Part shown: positions 10,899 to 21,656 of the stretch, in pieces | How the letters are laid out: each line of letters begins with the position of its first letter | Numbering within the stretch: the stretch's first letter is position 1 | From: an uncultured Nitrososphaeraceae archaeon | Lineage (GTDB): Archaea; Thermoproteota; Nitrososphaeria; Nitrososphaerales; Nitrososphaeraceae | Direction of reading: 5' to 3' | Length of the DNA stretch: 64,000 nucleotides | Assembly: GCA_963825865.1 (NCBI GenBank) | Contig: CAWGVG010000005.1 | Coordinates: forward strand, 76,039 to 140,038 | Notes under the pieces: generated by a model | The model's database searches: none | What the model was told of the DNA's origin: nothing | The model's input: only the letters and a program-made list of their open reading frames with translations | Translations under genes and position numbers: made by a program

Positions 10899-11774
10899 AT
10901 GACAGGAGAGACTCAGCTGCGCGCAAGGCGTACAAGAATCAGAATTCTAAGAGCTATTGCTGAAAGAGATGGTTCAGCAGGTTTCTCAGATATCAGAAAT
11001 GCTACTGGTCTTTCTACTGGTTCAATCTACTACCATTTAGAGAGAATGCAGAATTACGTTACCAAGGATTCTAAGCATTATATAATTACAGAAAAAGGCT
11101 TACAATTGCTGCATGAAATTGATGGTAGGTATCCTTCTTCCCCTGCTCGAAAAAAAGACGAAGGATCATCAATTACGGGGAGCGTTCAATCCGAAGGAAC
11201 AATAATAAGGCAAAGCAGTCGTTTGGGACAATTTATTCGTGAATATACATTTATTTCAGTAATTGCGGGTGTTATGATCTTCATAGCCGTTGAACTATTT
11301 GTAAACTCTAATATAATTTTCCCTAGCATAGCTACCGTTGGAAAGATAATTGCTAATGCGAGCTTAATATCTTCACTTTCAATCACTGCACTTCTTTCCG
11401 TTTCATTTTTATTGATGTTAAAAAGGCAAATGCTTCTCCCGGGATATAGAGGAATAATGCTATCTGTATTAACAGTACTATCGGTTTTATTGGTTAACAT
11501 TCTAATCTTTTCTAGTCTTGGGGCACACGTAGGAGCAAGTTCAAGTATAACTACCGTTGGAAAGATAATTGCTAATGCGAGCTTAATATCTTCACTTTCA
11601 ATCACTGCACTTCTTTCCGTTTCATTTTTATTGATGTTAAAAAGGCAAATGCTTCTCCCGGGATATAGAGGAATAATGCTATCTGTATTAACAGTACTAT
11701 CGGTTTTATTGGTTAACATTCTAATCTTTTCTAGTCTTGGGGCACACATAGGAGTAACATCAGCAACATTCTAA
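10899..11774 (+). CDS. ArsR-type winged-helix regulator with duplicated membrane domain
   Basis: RIRILRAI...FSDIRNATGLSTGSIYYHL...ITEKG; C-terminal hydrophobic helices. Confidence 0.8.
   Translation: MTGETQLRARRTRIRILRAIAERDGSAGFSDIRNATGLSTGSIYYHLERMQNYVTKDSKHYIITEKGLQLLHEIDGRYPSSPARKKDEGSSITGSVQSEGTIIRQSSRLGQFIREYTFISVIAGVMIFIAVELFVNSNIIFPSIATVGKIIANASLISSLSITALLSVSFLLMLKRQMLLPGYRGIMLSVLTVLSVLLVNILIFSSLGAHVGASSSITTVGKIIANASLISSLSITALLSVSFLLMLKRQMLLPGYRGIMLSVLTVLSVLLVNILIFSSLGAHIGVTSATF
11332..11747 (+). repeat. Intragenic tandem duplication, 219-bp period, 197 bp identical
   Basis: 11332-11528 equals 11551-11747. Confidence 0.95.
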
Positions 11775-11927
11775 TCTTTTCTAGTATCTACCACAATATA
11801 GGTTTCAGACCTAAGGCGTTTCTCCATTATAATGCTAGAAAGCGTTGCAAATTCCTCTTTTGGTCTAATAAATAATAACACTATTTGCTCGATTCCTTTT
11901 TATGACCTTTCCGTGTCATTTCATATT

Positions 11928-12194
11928 ATGAAATATAGGAGCAGAACTGACATAGCCGCATTGATTCTGGAAGCTGCGAACGGTGGGGCAGCCAAGACAA
12001 AAATAATGTATAGAGCATTTCTGTCTTATGCACAGCTGAAAGAATATCTGGCTGTGTTACTAGAAAACGGCTTGATAGAGTATAAAGAGGGGAATCAAAT
12101 TTTTAAAATAACTGAAAAGGGCATACATTTCCTACAATTATATAGCCAAGTTGGAGAATTAATTTCTGCTAATAATGAAATAGGTAAGATATAA
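11928..12194 (+). CDS. Small winged-helix DNA-binding protein (archaeal HTH_45-like)
   Basis: MKYRSRTDIAALIL...KTKIMYRAFLSYAQLKEYL...ITEKG. Confidence 0.85.
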   Translation: MKYRSRTDIAALILEAANGGAAKTKIMYRAFLSYAQLKEYLAVLLENGLIEYKEGNQIFKITEKGIHFLQLYSQVGELISANNEIGKI

Positions 12195-12289
12195 AAACTC
12201 CTTAATCGATTAGAATAGTAATCACCTAATTATCGGGGAGTGTGGGCATAATTTGATCACGCAATTTTCAAGGAGTTTTGTTGTTGTTG

Positions 12290-13375
12290 TTTGATTTGCT
12301 TCCTAACATGTGTTTGATTGTTTCGGATGTTCTTTGTGAGTCTTACAATTGTAATAAACAATGATTTGATAGAGTAGTACTGATAGCAGTACTATTCCTG
12401 CTGCCTTTCTGATATCCTCTTATTGACAAAAGATCTATTTTGAAGACATCTTTGAGGTGTTATATCAAAGCTTCTACTGATATGCTTCTCCACGAGTAAA
12501 TTACCTGTCATAATTTGGATTCATAGAATTCTATCAATTGCAGTCTGTCACTTGAAGTATTGTTGTATATTGCTGGTACTGGACATACCCAGCTAAAATC
12601 CTCTTCTATTTATGCTTAAATCGAATAGTTTGTAGTCGTCATATCCAGAATCACCTGTCACGTAACGTACTCCTTTTGGAAGTGAAGATATTATCGCAGG
12701 ATATATCTGATTATCTTGTACATCAGCCTGAGTAAAATCCTCTGATAGAGGATACTATAAGAGAACCAGTGCTTGCTATTATGTGAAGTTTGTACCAAAT
12801 ATCCAACCCTTGGTGTGACTGAATCTCCATCTGGCATCTATATCAATACCAGAACGAAGTACTACTCCTTTGATCATGGATGATTCTGTGCCAGAGATGA
12901 CCTTTGGCTCTAAGCAATATACTATCTATTGTAACAATTTCGCTCAAGACTCGCAATAGTTGATATCCTTTCTTTGATGTCTACAGATGTTGTCGAAAGC
13001 CCTTCTGTCAAATGTCCTTCTGTCAGGAAGACTGGTTAATCCACAAGCTTTCATTATCTTTCTATTGTAATGATAACAATCCATAACAAGGAAATCATGT
13101 AATGCTCGATTAGAATCTAGTCTGAACCATATCCTGACTACAAAACAATGTAATATCACTGTGGAAGAATAGACATATAGTCTACCTCTTCTTTTCTTTT
13201 TCCCCCCGATACTCTGGCCAAGGTACCAACCCCCTATGCTAATTAAGATGGAATCCTGAAGCATTTGTTGCAGCAAGTCTTCTTTGGGTGGATTTGATCG
13301 TTTCTCACCAGAACATCTGACACTCCGAGGATAGCTTTATACAAAATCATCAATGGGAATTATGCTCCAGTCTCA
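12290..13375 (-). pseudogene. Degraded DDE transposase (IS4/IS5-like); boundaries approximate
   Basis: Fragments RGRLYVYS, LPDRRTFDRR, GIDIDARW, YKLH, GDSGYDD spread across frames with stops. Confidence 0.8.
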
Positions 13376-13632
13376 ATTATCTATAAATTATATTGAGACA
13401 ATTTTTGACTGTATATGAGCATTTTTAATTGATGACGTAGACAATATATATATATATATACTACAAGAATCATGTTAAGATGAATTATGCTAAGAAGAAT
13501 AATAAATGAAAAAATCCATGTTGCAGTTCTCCCAACTTATCTAAATCTTATTGCATCATTTGTCAAACAAATCGAATGATTATAATGATAGTCAGACTAG
13601 GTTATAAGATCTTACAAAATAAAATAATAAAA

Positions 13633-14484
13633 TTAATCAACTGGGTTTAGTATTTTGTGCTGTTGAGTTTCTTTCTCTTTCTCCTTCTCCTTTAACAAGA
13701 TATTGTAAGCTCCCTCTGTGTCTGAATTCTTGTGAACAATTGCTCTTACTGCTTTTATCATTGCAACAGGATGATCGGATTGCCAAATGTTTCTACCCAT
13801 ATCAACTCCTACAGCACCATGCTCTATTGCATTATATGCTAGTTCAAGTGCATCAATTTCTTTTGACAATTTCTTGCCACCAGCTATTACCACTGGAACA
13901 GGGCACCCCTCAACAACCCTTTCAAAGTTTTCGCAGTAATATGTTTTAACTACATGCGCACCTAATTCAGCAGCTATTCTGCATGCCAAACCAAGATACC
14001 TAGCATCTCTAGCCATTTCCTTGCCAACAGCTGTGACTGCTAGAACAGGAATACCATACTTTTCACCTTCATCAACAAGTTTAGACAGAGCTGTGAGCGT
14101 TTGATGTTCGTATTTGCTTGCTACAAAAATTGAGAGAGCAAGGCATGTAGCATTTAGTTTGATGGCATCTTCAATAGAGGTTGTGATACTTTCATTAGAC
14201 AGATCTTCTCCAATAATACTGCTCCCGCCAGAAACTCGCAAAACTATTGGCACATCCGTATTTGGATTTACTGATGTCCGCAAAACCCCTCGGGTAATCA
14301 TCAATGAGTCAGCATGTGATAAAAGAGGCTGTATAGTTCTACAGGGTATCTCTAATCCTTCTGTTGGACCCAAAAAGTATCCATGGTCGACTGCAAGCAT
14401 AACACACCGACCATCTTCTGGACGAATGATTTTTGACACTCTATTTTTCATGCCCCAATCCATGTTCTGATTCCTGTCATTCAT
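13633..14484 (-). CDS. lsrF: LsrF-like class I aldolase/thiolase
   Basis: MDWGMKNR, MLAVDHGYFLGP, AELGAHVVKTYY, VDMGRNIWQ. Confidence 0.88.
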   Translation of the reverse strand: MNDRNQNMDWGMKNRVSKIIRPEDGRCVMLAVDHGYFLGPTEGLEIPCRTIQPLLSHADSLMITRGVLRTSVNPNTDVPIVLRVSGGSSIIGEDLSNESITTSIEDAIKLNATCLALSIFVASKYEHQTLTALSKLVDEGEKYGIPVLAVTAVGKEMARDARYLGLACRIAAELGAHVVKTYYCENFERVVEGCPVPVVIAGGKKLSKEIDALELAYNAIEHGAVGVDMGRNIWQSDHPVAMIKAVRAIVHKNSDTEGAYNILLKEKEKEKETQQHKILNPVD

Positions 14485-14516
14485 GCTCTTTTTTTATTAT
14501 ATATAGTTTCTACAAT

Positions 14517-15554
14517 TTATTTGGATGTCACAATCACTTTCATTGAATCCTTTCCTTCATCTGCGCATCTTATTGCATCATCAGTATTTTTAATGTCAAA
14601 ACGGTGGGTTATTAAACACTTTACGTCTAAGCGCTTCTCTACAATCAATTTTAATGCCTGGTTTGTTTCAATCTCTGATGCGGCATAAGTCGGAATGATA
14701 GATTGTTCATTTGCGTATAACTTGTTCACATTGACCGGAATTTCCGATCCTTTGGATGGGACACCAAAGAGCATTATTTTACCTGCTTTTCTTGTTACGT
14801 CAAAAGATTGTTCAAGTGCTTTTGCGCTTCCTGTGGCAACAATTGAGATATCAACACCTCTGTAGCCAGTAACATTTTGTATTTTTTTGATGAGGTTACT
14901 TTCAGTCATAGAATTAAAAGCTTGGACATTATCATATTTTTTTGCAAAATCCACTCTAAAATCGTTGATGTCGAGTACAATGATTTTTCCTGCACCCAAT
15001 GCTTTTGCAAGAGTCACATGCATCATTCCTGCAGGACCTGCTCCGAATACTGCAATATCATCGCCTTTTTGAAAATTGCACTTGTTTATTGCTCTTATAC
15101 AACATGCTAGTGGCTCAATAAGTGATGCTTCATCAAACGTTACGCTGTCTGGTAATTTTATAAGCCCTCCTCGAGAAAGGTTCCATTCAGGTACTAAGAA
15201 TTCTTCGGATAATCCACATGGATCAATTTTACTTTTTTGATACATGGCACACATCGTATAATCTCCATGCCAGCAATAATAGCATGAATAGCAGCTAACG
15301 TGATGATGAATGAAAACGCGATCTCCCGGTGCAAAATCTTTCACGTATTTTCCTGTATTTATAATCTCACCTGAAGGCTCATGTCCAAGTCCAGAGGATG
15401 ACATCCCATATTGACCATGGACTTTCTCCAAATCAGAACCACACAGTCCGCATGCGCGCATTTTTATAAGAACATCTCCATCACCTAGTTTTGGAGTTGC
15501 TACATCGTCAATTGAAACTGCATTTTTACCTTTGACAAAGACAGCTTTCATCAA
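14517..15554 (-). CDS. Zn-dependent (MDR) alcohol/sugar dehydrogenase
   Basis: CGSD, GHE, CxxCxxC, GAGPAG. Confidence 0.92.
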   Translation of the reverse strand: MMKAVFVKGKNAVSIDDVATPKLGDGDVLIKMRACGLCGSDLEKVHGQYGMSSSGLGHEPSGEIINTGKYVKDFAPGDRVFIHHHVSCYSCYYCWHGDYTMCAMYQKSKIDPCGLSEEFLVPEWNLSRGGLIKLPDSVTFDEASLIEPLACCIRAINKCNFQKGDDIAVFGAGPAGMMHVTLAKALGAGKIIVLDINDFRVDFAKKYDNVQAFNSMTESNLIKKIQNVTGYRGVDISIVATGSAKALEQSFDVTRKAGKIMLFGVPSKGSEIPVNVNKLYANEQSIIPTYAASEIETNQALKLIVEKRLDVKCLITHRFDIKNTDDAIRCADEGKDSMKVIVTSK

Positions 15555-16147
15555 TCGGAGATTAGAACTTCAACTATAAAAAATGTCTTAACACATCACA
15601 ACATATTAACGAAATTTGAAAAATTTGCGTTCCATCATATAAAACAATCCGTTGTTTTTGAAACAAGGGATTGTTATTTCAAAAGTAGTAAAATATATTT
15701 TAATATTGCAGCTTCGTATTCTTAAATAAGGTATTGTCATAAAAACCGTTCCAATAACTGATATAAGATTAGATTATATGGTTACTAAAAGTGTGATAAA
15801 AATAAATTCCTCTATGTGACGTTATAGCGGCATAATAATGACTAAATCGCATAGTGGTATTGAGTCGTAATATGCAATCCAATAAAGATTCACCCTTTCC
15901 GTACCTTGGCATGGTTAGCTCTTTCTAATACTGTTAGGATTGATCATTGATCGTAGAAAGTATCTACTGCAAACACAGATACATTCCCTTCTCCTTGGAT
16001 AGGTATAGTAATATAGTTCTTTGAATCAATTTTTAATCTACATTATAAAGAAATTTACTAATCCTGATAGCGATTATTGCAGTTGTGGTAATTGTTATTT
16101 AACTCTGGTATGGGTAGAACTTATGGTTCGATATATTATCTATATAT

Positions 16148-16170
16148 CGCACAAAATCTTTATAAATTAT
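16148..16170 (+). promoter_or_regulatory. BRE-TATA promoter of the ilv/leu operon leader
   Basis: CGCACAAAATC followed by TTTATAAA (16160-16167), ~24 nt before ATG 16184. Confidence 0.55.
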
Positions 16171-16183
16171 ATCATTGCAATCT

Positions 16184-16325
16184 ATGAATAATGCCTTGGG
16201 CTAAAAGTGAAGGGTCTTGTATTACCTCGCAGCCTGCAGGGTACAGCGGTTACAGTTGTACTTCTGGTGCTGCTGCTTTAAATCATACTCTGCACTTTAT
16301 TTTGACAGGGCATTTTGGTGGAGAT
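16184..16325 (+). promoter_or_regulatory. Structured 5' leader with putative Val/Leu-rich leader peptide (attenuator candidate)
   Basis: uORF 16207-16281 ends VVLLVLLL; nested stems span 16190-16314; GGTGGA SD-like site at 16317. Confidence 0.6.
16207..16281 (+). CDS. Putative leader peptide (M)KGLVLPRSLQGTAVTVVLLVLLL; may start at 16184 if one G is missing
   Basis: Direct translation; eight consecutive Val/Leu codons before TAA, upstream of ilvB. Confidence 0.55.
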   Translation: MKGLVLPRSLQGTAVTVVLLVLLL

Positions 16326-16333
16326 ATATATAA

Positions 16334-18025
16334 ATGGTGGAGATGGCCGGCGCAAAAGGCTTGATTTGTGCTCTTGAAAAGGAGAACGTGGACATAGTGT
16401 TTGGACTTCCAGGTGGAGCAAACCTTCCTATCTATGATGCTCTAGTGGATGCTGGTCACCTACGTCATATTCTTGTACGGCATGAACAGTCTGCTGCTCA
16501 TATGGCTGACGGCTATGCAAGAATAAAAAGGAGAGCTGGAGTGTGTTTTGCTACTTCTGGTCCAGGTGCCACTAATCTTATCACAGGTATCGCTACAGCA
16601 TATGCTGATTCTTCTCCTTTGATCGCTGTAACTGGTCAAGTGCCATTAGCTATGATCGGAAAAGATGCTTTCCAAGAAACTGATATCATTGGTGTTGCTA
16701 ATCCTTGTACAAAGTATGCGTTCCAACCAACAACAGCAAGCGAAATCCCAGAATCAGTAAAAAAGGCTTTCTATATAGCAGAAAGTGGAAGACCTGGTCC
16801 TGTGCTCATAGATATTCCCAAAGATGTGCAGCAGGCTACTGCAGATATGAAATTTCCTGAACTTATCAAGGTAAGGGGTTACAGTCCTATCGTTGATGCT
16901 GATCTATCTCAAGTGGGAAAGGCTGTTGAAATTTTGCTTAAAGCGGAAAGGCCAATCATAATGGCTGGTGGGGGTGTAATTCTTTCAGGTGCTTTTTCCG
17001 AATTACAGGCACTTGCAGAATTGTTAATGACTCCTGTAGTAACTACCTTTAAAGGAAAAGGCGCGTTTCCTGAAAATCATCCTCTTGCTATGGGACCCAT
17101 TGGAATGCATGGACATGCGGAGGCCAATAAGATCATCATTGAAGCAGATTGCATACTCGCAGTGGGTGCAAGGTTTTCTGATAGATCGATAGGAAGATTT
17201 GACGAGTTTGGAAAAGGGATGAATATTATCCATATGGATGTCGATCCTGCAGAAATTGGTAAGAACAAGTCTGTCGATGTCGCAGTCATAGGCGATGTAA
17301 AATCATCGTTGAGAACACTTGTTAAGATGCTTCCAAGAAAAATGGTGAAAAAAGATACAGAAAACCCTTGGCTAAAGAGAAAAAAGGAGCTAATCGGATA
17401 CTATGCTGAAACGCTTAAAGACTATCCAAGGGACCTTACAGCCAAAAAAACTCTAAAAAAACTTAGAGAAATTTTACCTGCCAACGCAATTGCAACTACT
17501 GAAGTGGGTCAATGTCAGATGTGGACATCATTGCATTTTGATGTAATTTCACCTGGTACCTTTTTTAGCTCGACAGGTCTTGGAACAATGGGATTTGGAT
17601 TTCCTGCTTCAATAGGTGCAAAGGCGGCTAGGCCAGAAGTGCCAGTGGTAGACATTGCAGGCGATGGTTCTTTCAACATGACAGAAAATTCTCTAGCCGT
17701 ATCTGTTCTAGATAACCTCCCGGTAATCGTGTTTTTAATGAATAATTATATGCTTGGAATGGTAGCTCAATGGCAGAGAACATTTTATAACAGAAGATAC
17801 ATGGGAGTACATCAGCACAACCTCCCTGATTATGCAAAGATAGCAGAGGCATATGGTGCACAGGGAATCAAAGTGCAATCATCGCAAGAGTTAGAAAAGG
17901 CAATTAAATCTGCCTTGAAGACGGAAGTTGCCACTGTCATCGATATTCCAATTGATCCTGAAGAAGATGTTTATCCGTTTGTAGCACCTGGTACAGGTCT
18001 TAAAGATATGATTACAGGATCATGA
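16334..18025 (+). CDS. ilvB: Acetolactate synthase large subunit
   Basis: RHEQSAAHMADGYAR, TSGPGATN, DAFQE, GDGSF TPP motif. Confidence 0.97.
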   Translation: MVEMAGAKGLICALEKENVDIVFGLPGGANLPIYDALVDAGHLRHILVRHEQSAAHMADGYARIKRRAGVCFATSGPGATNLITGIATAYADSSPLIAVTGQVPLAMIGKDAFQETDIIGVANPCTKYAFQPTTASEIPESVKKAFYIAESGRPGPVLIDIPKDVQQATADMKFPELIKVRGYSPIVDADLSQVGKAVEILLKAERPIIMAGGGVILSGAFSELQALAELLMTPVVTTFKGKGAFPENHPLAMGPIGMHGHAEANKIIIEADCILAVGARFSDRSIGRFDEFGKGMNIIHMDVDPAEIGKNKSVDVAVIGDVKSSLRTLVKMLPRKMVKKDTENPWLKRKKELIGYYAETLKDYPRDLTAKKTLKKLREILPANAIATTEVGQCQMWTSLHFDVISPGTFFSSTGLGTMGFGFPASIGAKAARPEVPVVDIAGDGSFNMTENSLAVSVLDNLPVIVFLMNNYMLGMVAQWQRTFYNRRYMGVHQHNLPDYAKIAEAYGAQGIKVQSSQELEKAIKSALKTEVATVIDIPIDPEEDVYPFVAPGTGLKDMITGS

Positions 18026-18032
18026 CACTAAT

Positions 18033-20075
18033 ATGTCAACAACAACAACAACAACTACGACAAACGAACAAAGTAAACATTGGTATATACTATCTGCTCT
18101 GCTAGAAAACAAACCAGGTGTTTTATTTAGAGTGACAAACCTTTTCAGAGCACGAAACTTTAACATTGAAAGTATAACGGTAGGTTCCACTGAACAGGTC
18201 GATCTTTCAAGGATGACGATTACCACTAAGAGTGATGAAAAAACGCTAGATCAGCTTGTAAAACAGCTTAGGAAGTTGATTGATGTAGTAGAGGTAAAAG
18301 TGCTTGATACAGATAAAACAGTTTTCCGCGAACTGGCCTTAATCAAAATGAAGGCAGAAGATCCCACTACAAGAATGGAAATAACTAATTTCGCATCTAT
18401 ATTTAGAGCAAACATACTTGACATAGGAAAAGCAACCATTCTTGTAGAACTTACAGGAACCCCGGACAAAATAGATGCGTTTAAAAATCTCGTCGGACAT
18501 TATGGGATAATACAGTTGGCAAGAACTGGTGTTTCAGCACTCCCAAGAGGTGAAACCTTAGTGTTAGACATGATGGATAAAGTTAGAATTTTTGATACTA
18601 CGTTAAGAGATGGTGAACAGACGCCAGGGGTATCAGTTACTCCAGAACAGAAATTCAAGATTGCTATTAAACTAGATGAAATAGGTGTAGACGCTATTGA
18701 GGTTGGTTTTCCAATTGTTTCTCAAGGTGAAATGGAAGCAATAAAAGCAATAACCAAACAAGGATTAAATGCGGAAGTTTGTGGTCTGGCACGTACAGTT
18801 CAAGCGGATATTGATGCTGCAATAAATTGTAATTTAAAGTATGTACACACTTTCATTGCTACTTCTGACATCCATATGCAATACAAGCTTAAAATGAGTA
18901 GGGAGCAGGTGTTAGAAAAAGCAATATGGGCAGTAGATTATGCCAAGAAAAATGGCATGCAGGTAGAATTTTCGGCAGAAGACGCAACGAGATCAGATAA
19001 GGTATTTGTAAACACGGTTTTCAAGGCAGTTGCTGATGCCGGTGCTGATAGATTAGATATTCCTGATACTGTCGGTTATGCCACTCCTCAATATATTGCA
19101 GAACTCGTTAACGATGTGAAGATAGCAACGAAACTTCCCGTCAGCATACATTGTCATGATGATTTTGGGCTAGCTGTGGCTAACGCAATTTCTGGAATAA
19201 ATGCCGGTGCCTCCTGTGCGCATGTAACAATAAATGGTTTAGGAGAAAGAGCGGGAAATGCATCACTTGAGGAATTTGTTATGGCGCTTCAATGTCTATA
19301 TAATAAGAAACACAATATTAAAACTGAGTTACTTTATGAAACCTCCAAACTTATCTCCAACATAATGGGAATAATTGTTCAACCAAACAAAGCAATAATT
19401 GGTGAAAATGCTTTTGGTCATGAATCTGGCATCCACACACACGGTATTATAAATAATCCGCTTACTTACGAACCAATTAGTCCGGAACTAGTTGGAAGAA
19501 AAAGATGGATGCAAGCTGGAAAACATGCTGGGGCCCATGGTATCAAAGCAATGTTAGAAGAATTTGGGATCAAACCAACAGATGAACAGCTACATAATAT
19601 CGTCGAAAAACAAAAAAACCTTGCAGACAAAGGAAAATCAATAACTACCGCAGAACTTTTATCAATAGCTGGAGATATTATGCATAATAACAGGTTTGAA
19701 GAGAAATTCAAACTCTATGATTTTCATATTGTAACTGGAATGAATACCATACCAACAGCTGTTGTTAGATTGAATACAGATGGTAAAGATTTCATTGCAT
19801 CTGAAATTGGCGTTGGACCAGTAGATGCTGCATTGAAAGCTATACAAAAGGTCGCAGGAGAAATGGAGAACATCAAGATCCGTGAATACAGATTAGATTC
19901 TATTACAGGAGGTTCCGATGCGTTAGCCGAAGTTTCAATAAAGGTAGAAGACAAAAAAGGAAATATTGTATCTGCAAGAAAGGCAGGAGAGGACGTGGTA
20001 GTTGCCTCAGTTCAGGCAATGATGGATGCTATTAATAAAATAATGCTTAAGAAAATGCTCTATTCCAAGAACTAA
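18033..20075 (+). CDS. ilvH-leuA: Acetolactate synthase small subunit in frame with 2-isopropylmalate synthase (LeuA part from ~18570)
   Basis: ENKPGVLFRV...ARTG ACT domain, then DTTLRDGEQ, HCHDD, GERAGNA and GPVDA regulatory domain. Confidence 0.9.
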   Translation: MSTTTTTTTTNEQSKHWYILSALLENKPGVLFRVTNLFRARNFNIESITVGSTEQVDLSRMTITTKSDEKTLDQLVKQLRKLIDVVEVKVLDTDKTVFRELALIKMKAEDPTTRMEITNFASIFRANILDIGKATILVELTGTPDKIDAFKNLVGHYGIIQLARTGVSALPRGETLVLDMMDKVRIFDTTLRDGEQTPGVSVTPEQKFKIAIKLDEIGVDAIEVGFPIVSQGEMEAIKAITKQGLNAEVCGLARTVQADIDAAINCNLKYVHTFIATSDIHMQYKLKMSREQVLEKAIWAVDYAKKNGMQVEFSAEDATRSDKVFVNTVFKAVADAGADRLDIPDTVGYATPQYIAELVNDVKIATKLPVSIHCHDDFGLAVANAISGINAGASCAHVTINGLGERAGNASLEEFVMALQCLYNKKHNIKTELLYETSKLISNIMGIIVQPNKAIIGENAFGHESGIHTHGIINNPLTYEPISPELVGRKRWMQAGKHAGAHGIKAMLEEFGIKPTDEQLHNIVEKQKNLADKGKSITTAELLSIAGDIMHNNRFEEKFKLYDFHIVTGMNTIPTAVVRLNTDGKDFIASEIGVGPVDAALKAIQKVAGEMENIKIREYRLDSITGGSDALAEVSIKVEDKKGNIVSARKAGEDVVVASVQAMMDAINKIMLKKMLYSKN

Positions 20076-20108
20076 AGTTTATACGCTATTTAAAATGTTA
20101 ATGTTTGA

Positions 20109-21135
20109 TTGACGCGATACACTATTGCATTAATTACTGGCGATGGGATTGGTTCTGAATTAACAAGTTCAGCAAAAACAATTCTGGAAACAATAAGTGA
20201 TAATTCTACAACTAAATTTACAATAAATGAAGTCTGACGCAGGTGATAATGCACTTGTTAAATTTGGTAAAGCACTTCCAGATTTTACTCTGATATAATT
20301 AAAAAGTCTGAAGCCTGTTTGAAGGGTCCTGTTGGTGAAAGCGCAGCGGATGTAATCATTGTTCTTGAGACGCATATTTGATCTTTATGTAAATATCAGA
20401 CCAGCAAAATCCTATCCAAACGTTAAAAACCTCTCTGAGAATGTAGACCTTATAACAATAAGGGAAAATACCGAAGATATATACTTAGGTTGGGAATTCA
20501 ATATTGATGAGAATACAGTCATAGCATTGAGGCTGACGTCAGAAAGGGCATCAAGGAGGGTTGCAGAATATGCATTTAAAACAGCTGTCATACGGAATAC
20601 AAAGAGGAAGGTTGTAGCAGTTCATAAAGCCAATGTTTTACGGAAAGGCGACGGATTATTCTCGCAGACCTGTAGATCAGTTTCCCACAAATATCCCAAT
20701 ATACAATATAGCGAATTGTATGTTGATGCATGTGCTATGAATCTAATCCGTAATCCTGAAGATTTCGATATTATTCTGACAACGAACCTTTTTGGCGACA
20801 TTCTGTCTGATGAGGCAGCACAAGTGGTTGGTGGGTTAGGCATGGGTCCATCAGCCAATGTTGGAAATGATTTTGGATTATTTGAACCAGTTCATGGAGC
20901 TGCCTTTGATATCGCTGGAAAGAATATTGCAAATCCCTCATCGATTTTATTATCTACAAAAATGATGCTCGAATGGTTGGCAGACAAGTATAATGATAAT
21001 GATGCTTTCAAAGAGGGTCAGCGTATTGAAAATGTCATAACCAGTTTACTAAAACAAAACAAAAAAACAAAAGACATAGGCGGAAAACTTTCAACTACCG
21101 AGTTCACAAATTTGTTTGCTATTTCAATGTACTAG
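20109..21135 (+). CDS. leuB: 3-isopropylmalate dehydrogenase (two frameshifts in the 5' part)
   Basis: ITGDGIGSE, LKGPVG, RENTED, HKANV, NLFGDILSD, EPVHG. Confidence 0.9.
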
Positions 21136-21333
21136 AAGTTATATTTTTATCTATCTTAATCGCAATTACTTTGATTCATATCTACAAACCCTATGATTTT
21201 TTTTCTGTGATGCAAAATAAATGTCAAAATAAAACTATTAATTCGTATTGTTTATGAATGTAACTTGTATATTTTGACTCAGCTGGGTATTACTACTTAT
21301 AGCCTAAATAGAAGCTAAAAGATATATGTAAAC

Positions 21334-21480
21334 ATGGTTAAGTTTGATGGAATAAAAGGTCAGGAACTGTTAGATGTAGAAGAAAACAAGGATGAAATTA
21401 CATTAATCTTCAAAGACAATAGATTCCTTTTCGTCAAGGTCGATAATGGGAAATTAGTCTGTGATTCTGTCCCGGAATAA
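21334..21480 (+). CDS. Small hypothetical protein (48 aa)
   Basis: MVKFDGIKGQELLDVEENKDEITLIFKDNRFLFVKVDNGKLVCDSVPE; below the ORF-track cutoff. Confidence 0.65.
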   Translation: MVKFDGIKGQELLDVEENKDEITLIFKDNRFLFVKVDNGKLVCDSVPE

Positions 21481-21656
21481 ATATCATCCCTACTATTTGA
21501 AATATTTTTCCAATAACCTATAATAAACTGTCAATAAAATTTCAAGTTGATACTTAAATACTTTAATCGCCAAAGCGTAGCCTAGTCAAAAGAAAGAGAT
21601 TTTCTTCCGAAAACTAAAGAATGACGAGGTAATGCTAATATCTGCTTGTTTTTTAA

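Noticed and set aside
11186-11749. 187-aa antisense ORF with repeat
   Set aside because: Shadow of the duplicated membrane domain
12230-13535. Terminal inverted repeats for the degraded transposase
   Set aside because: Candidate ends match too weakly to call
16191-16364. Alternative 57-aa uORF (MPWAKSEG...) overlapping the ilvB start
   Set aside because: No pathway-related codon bias; the Val/Leu frame explains the leader better, though this is not formally excluded
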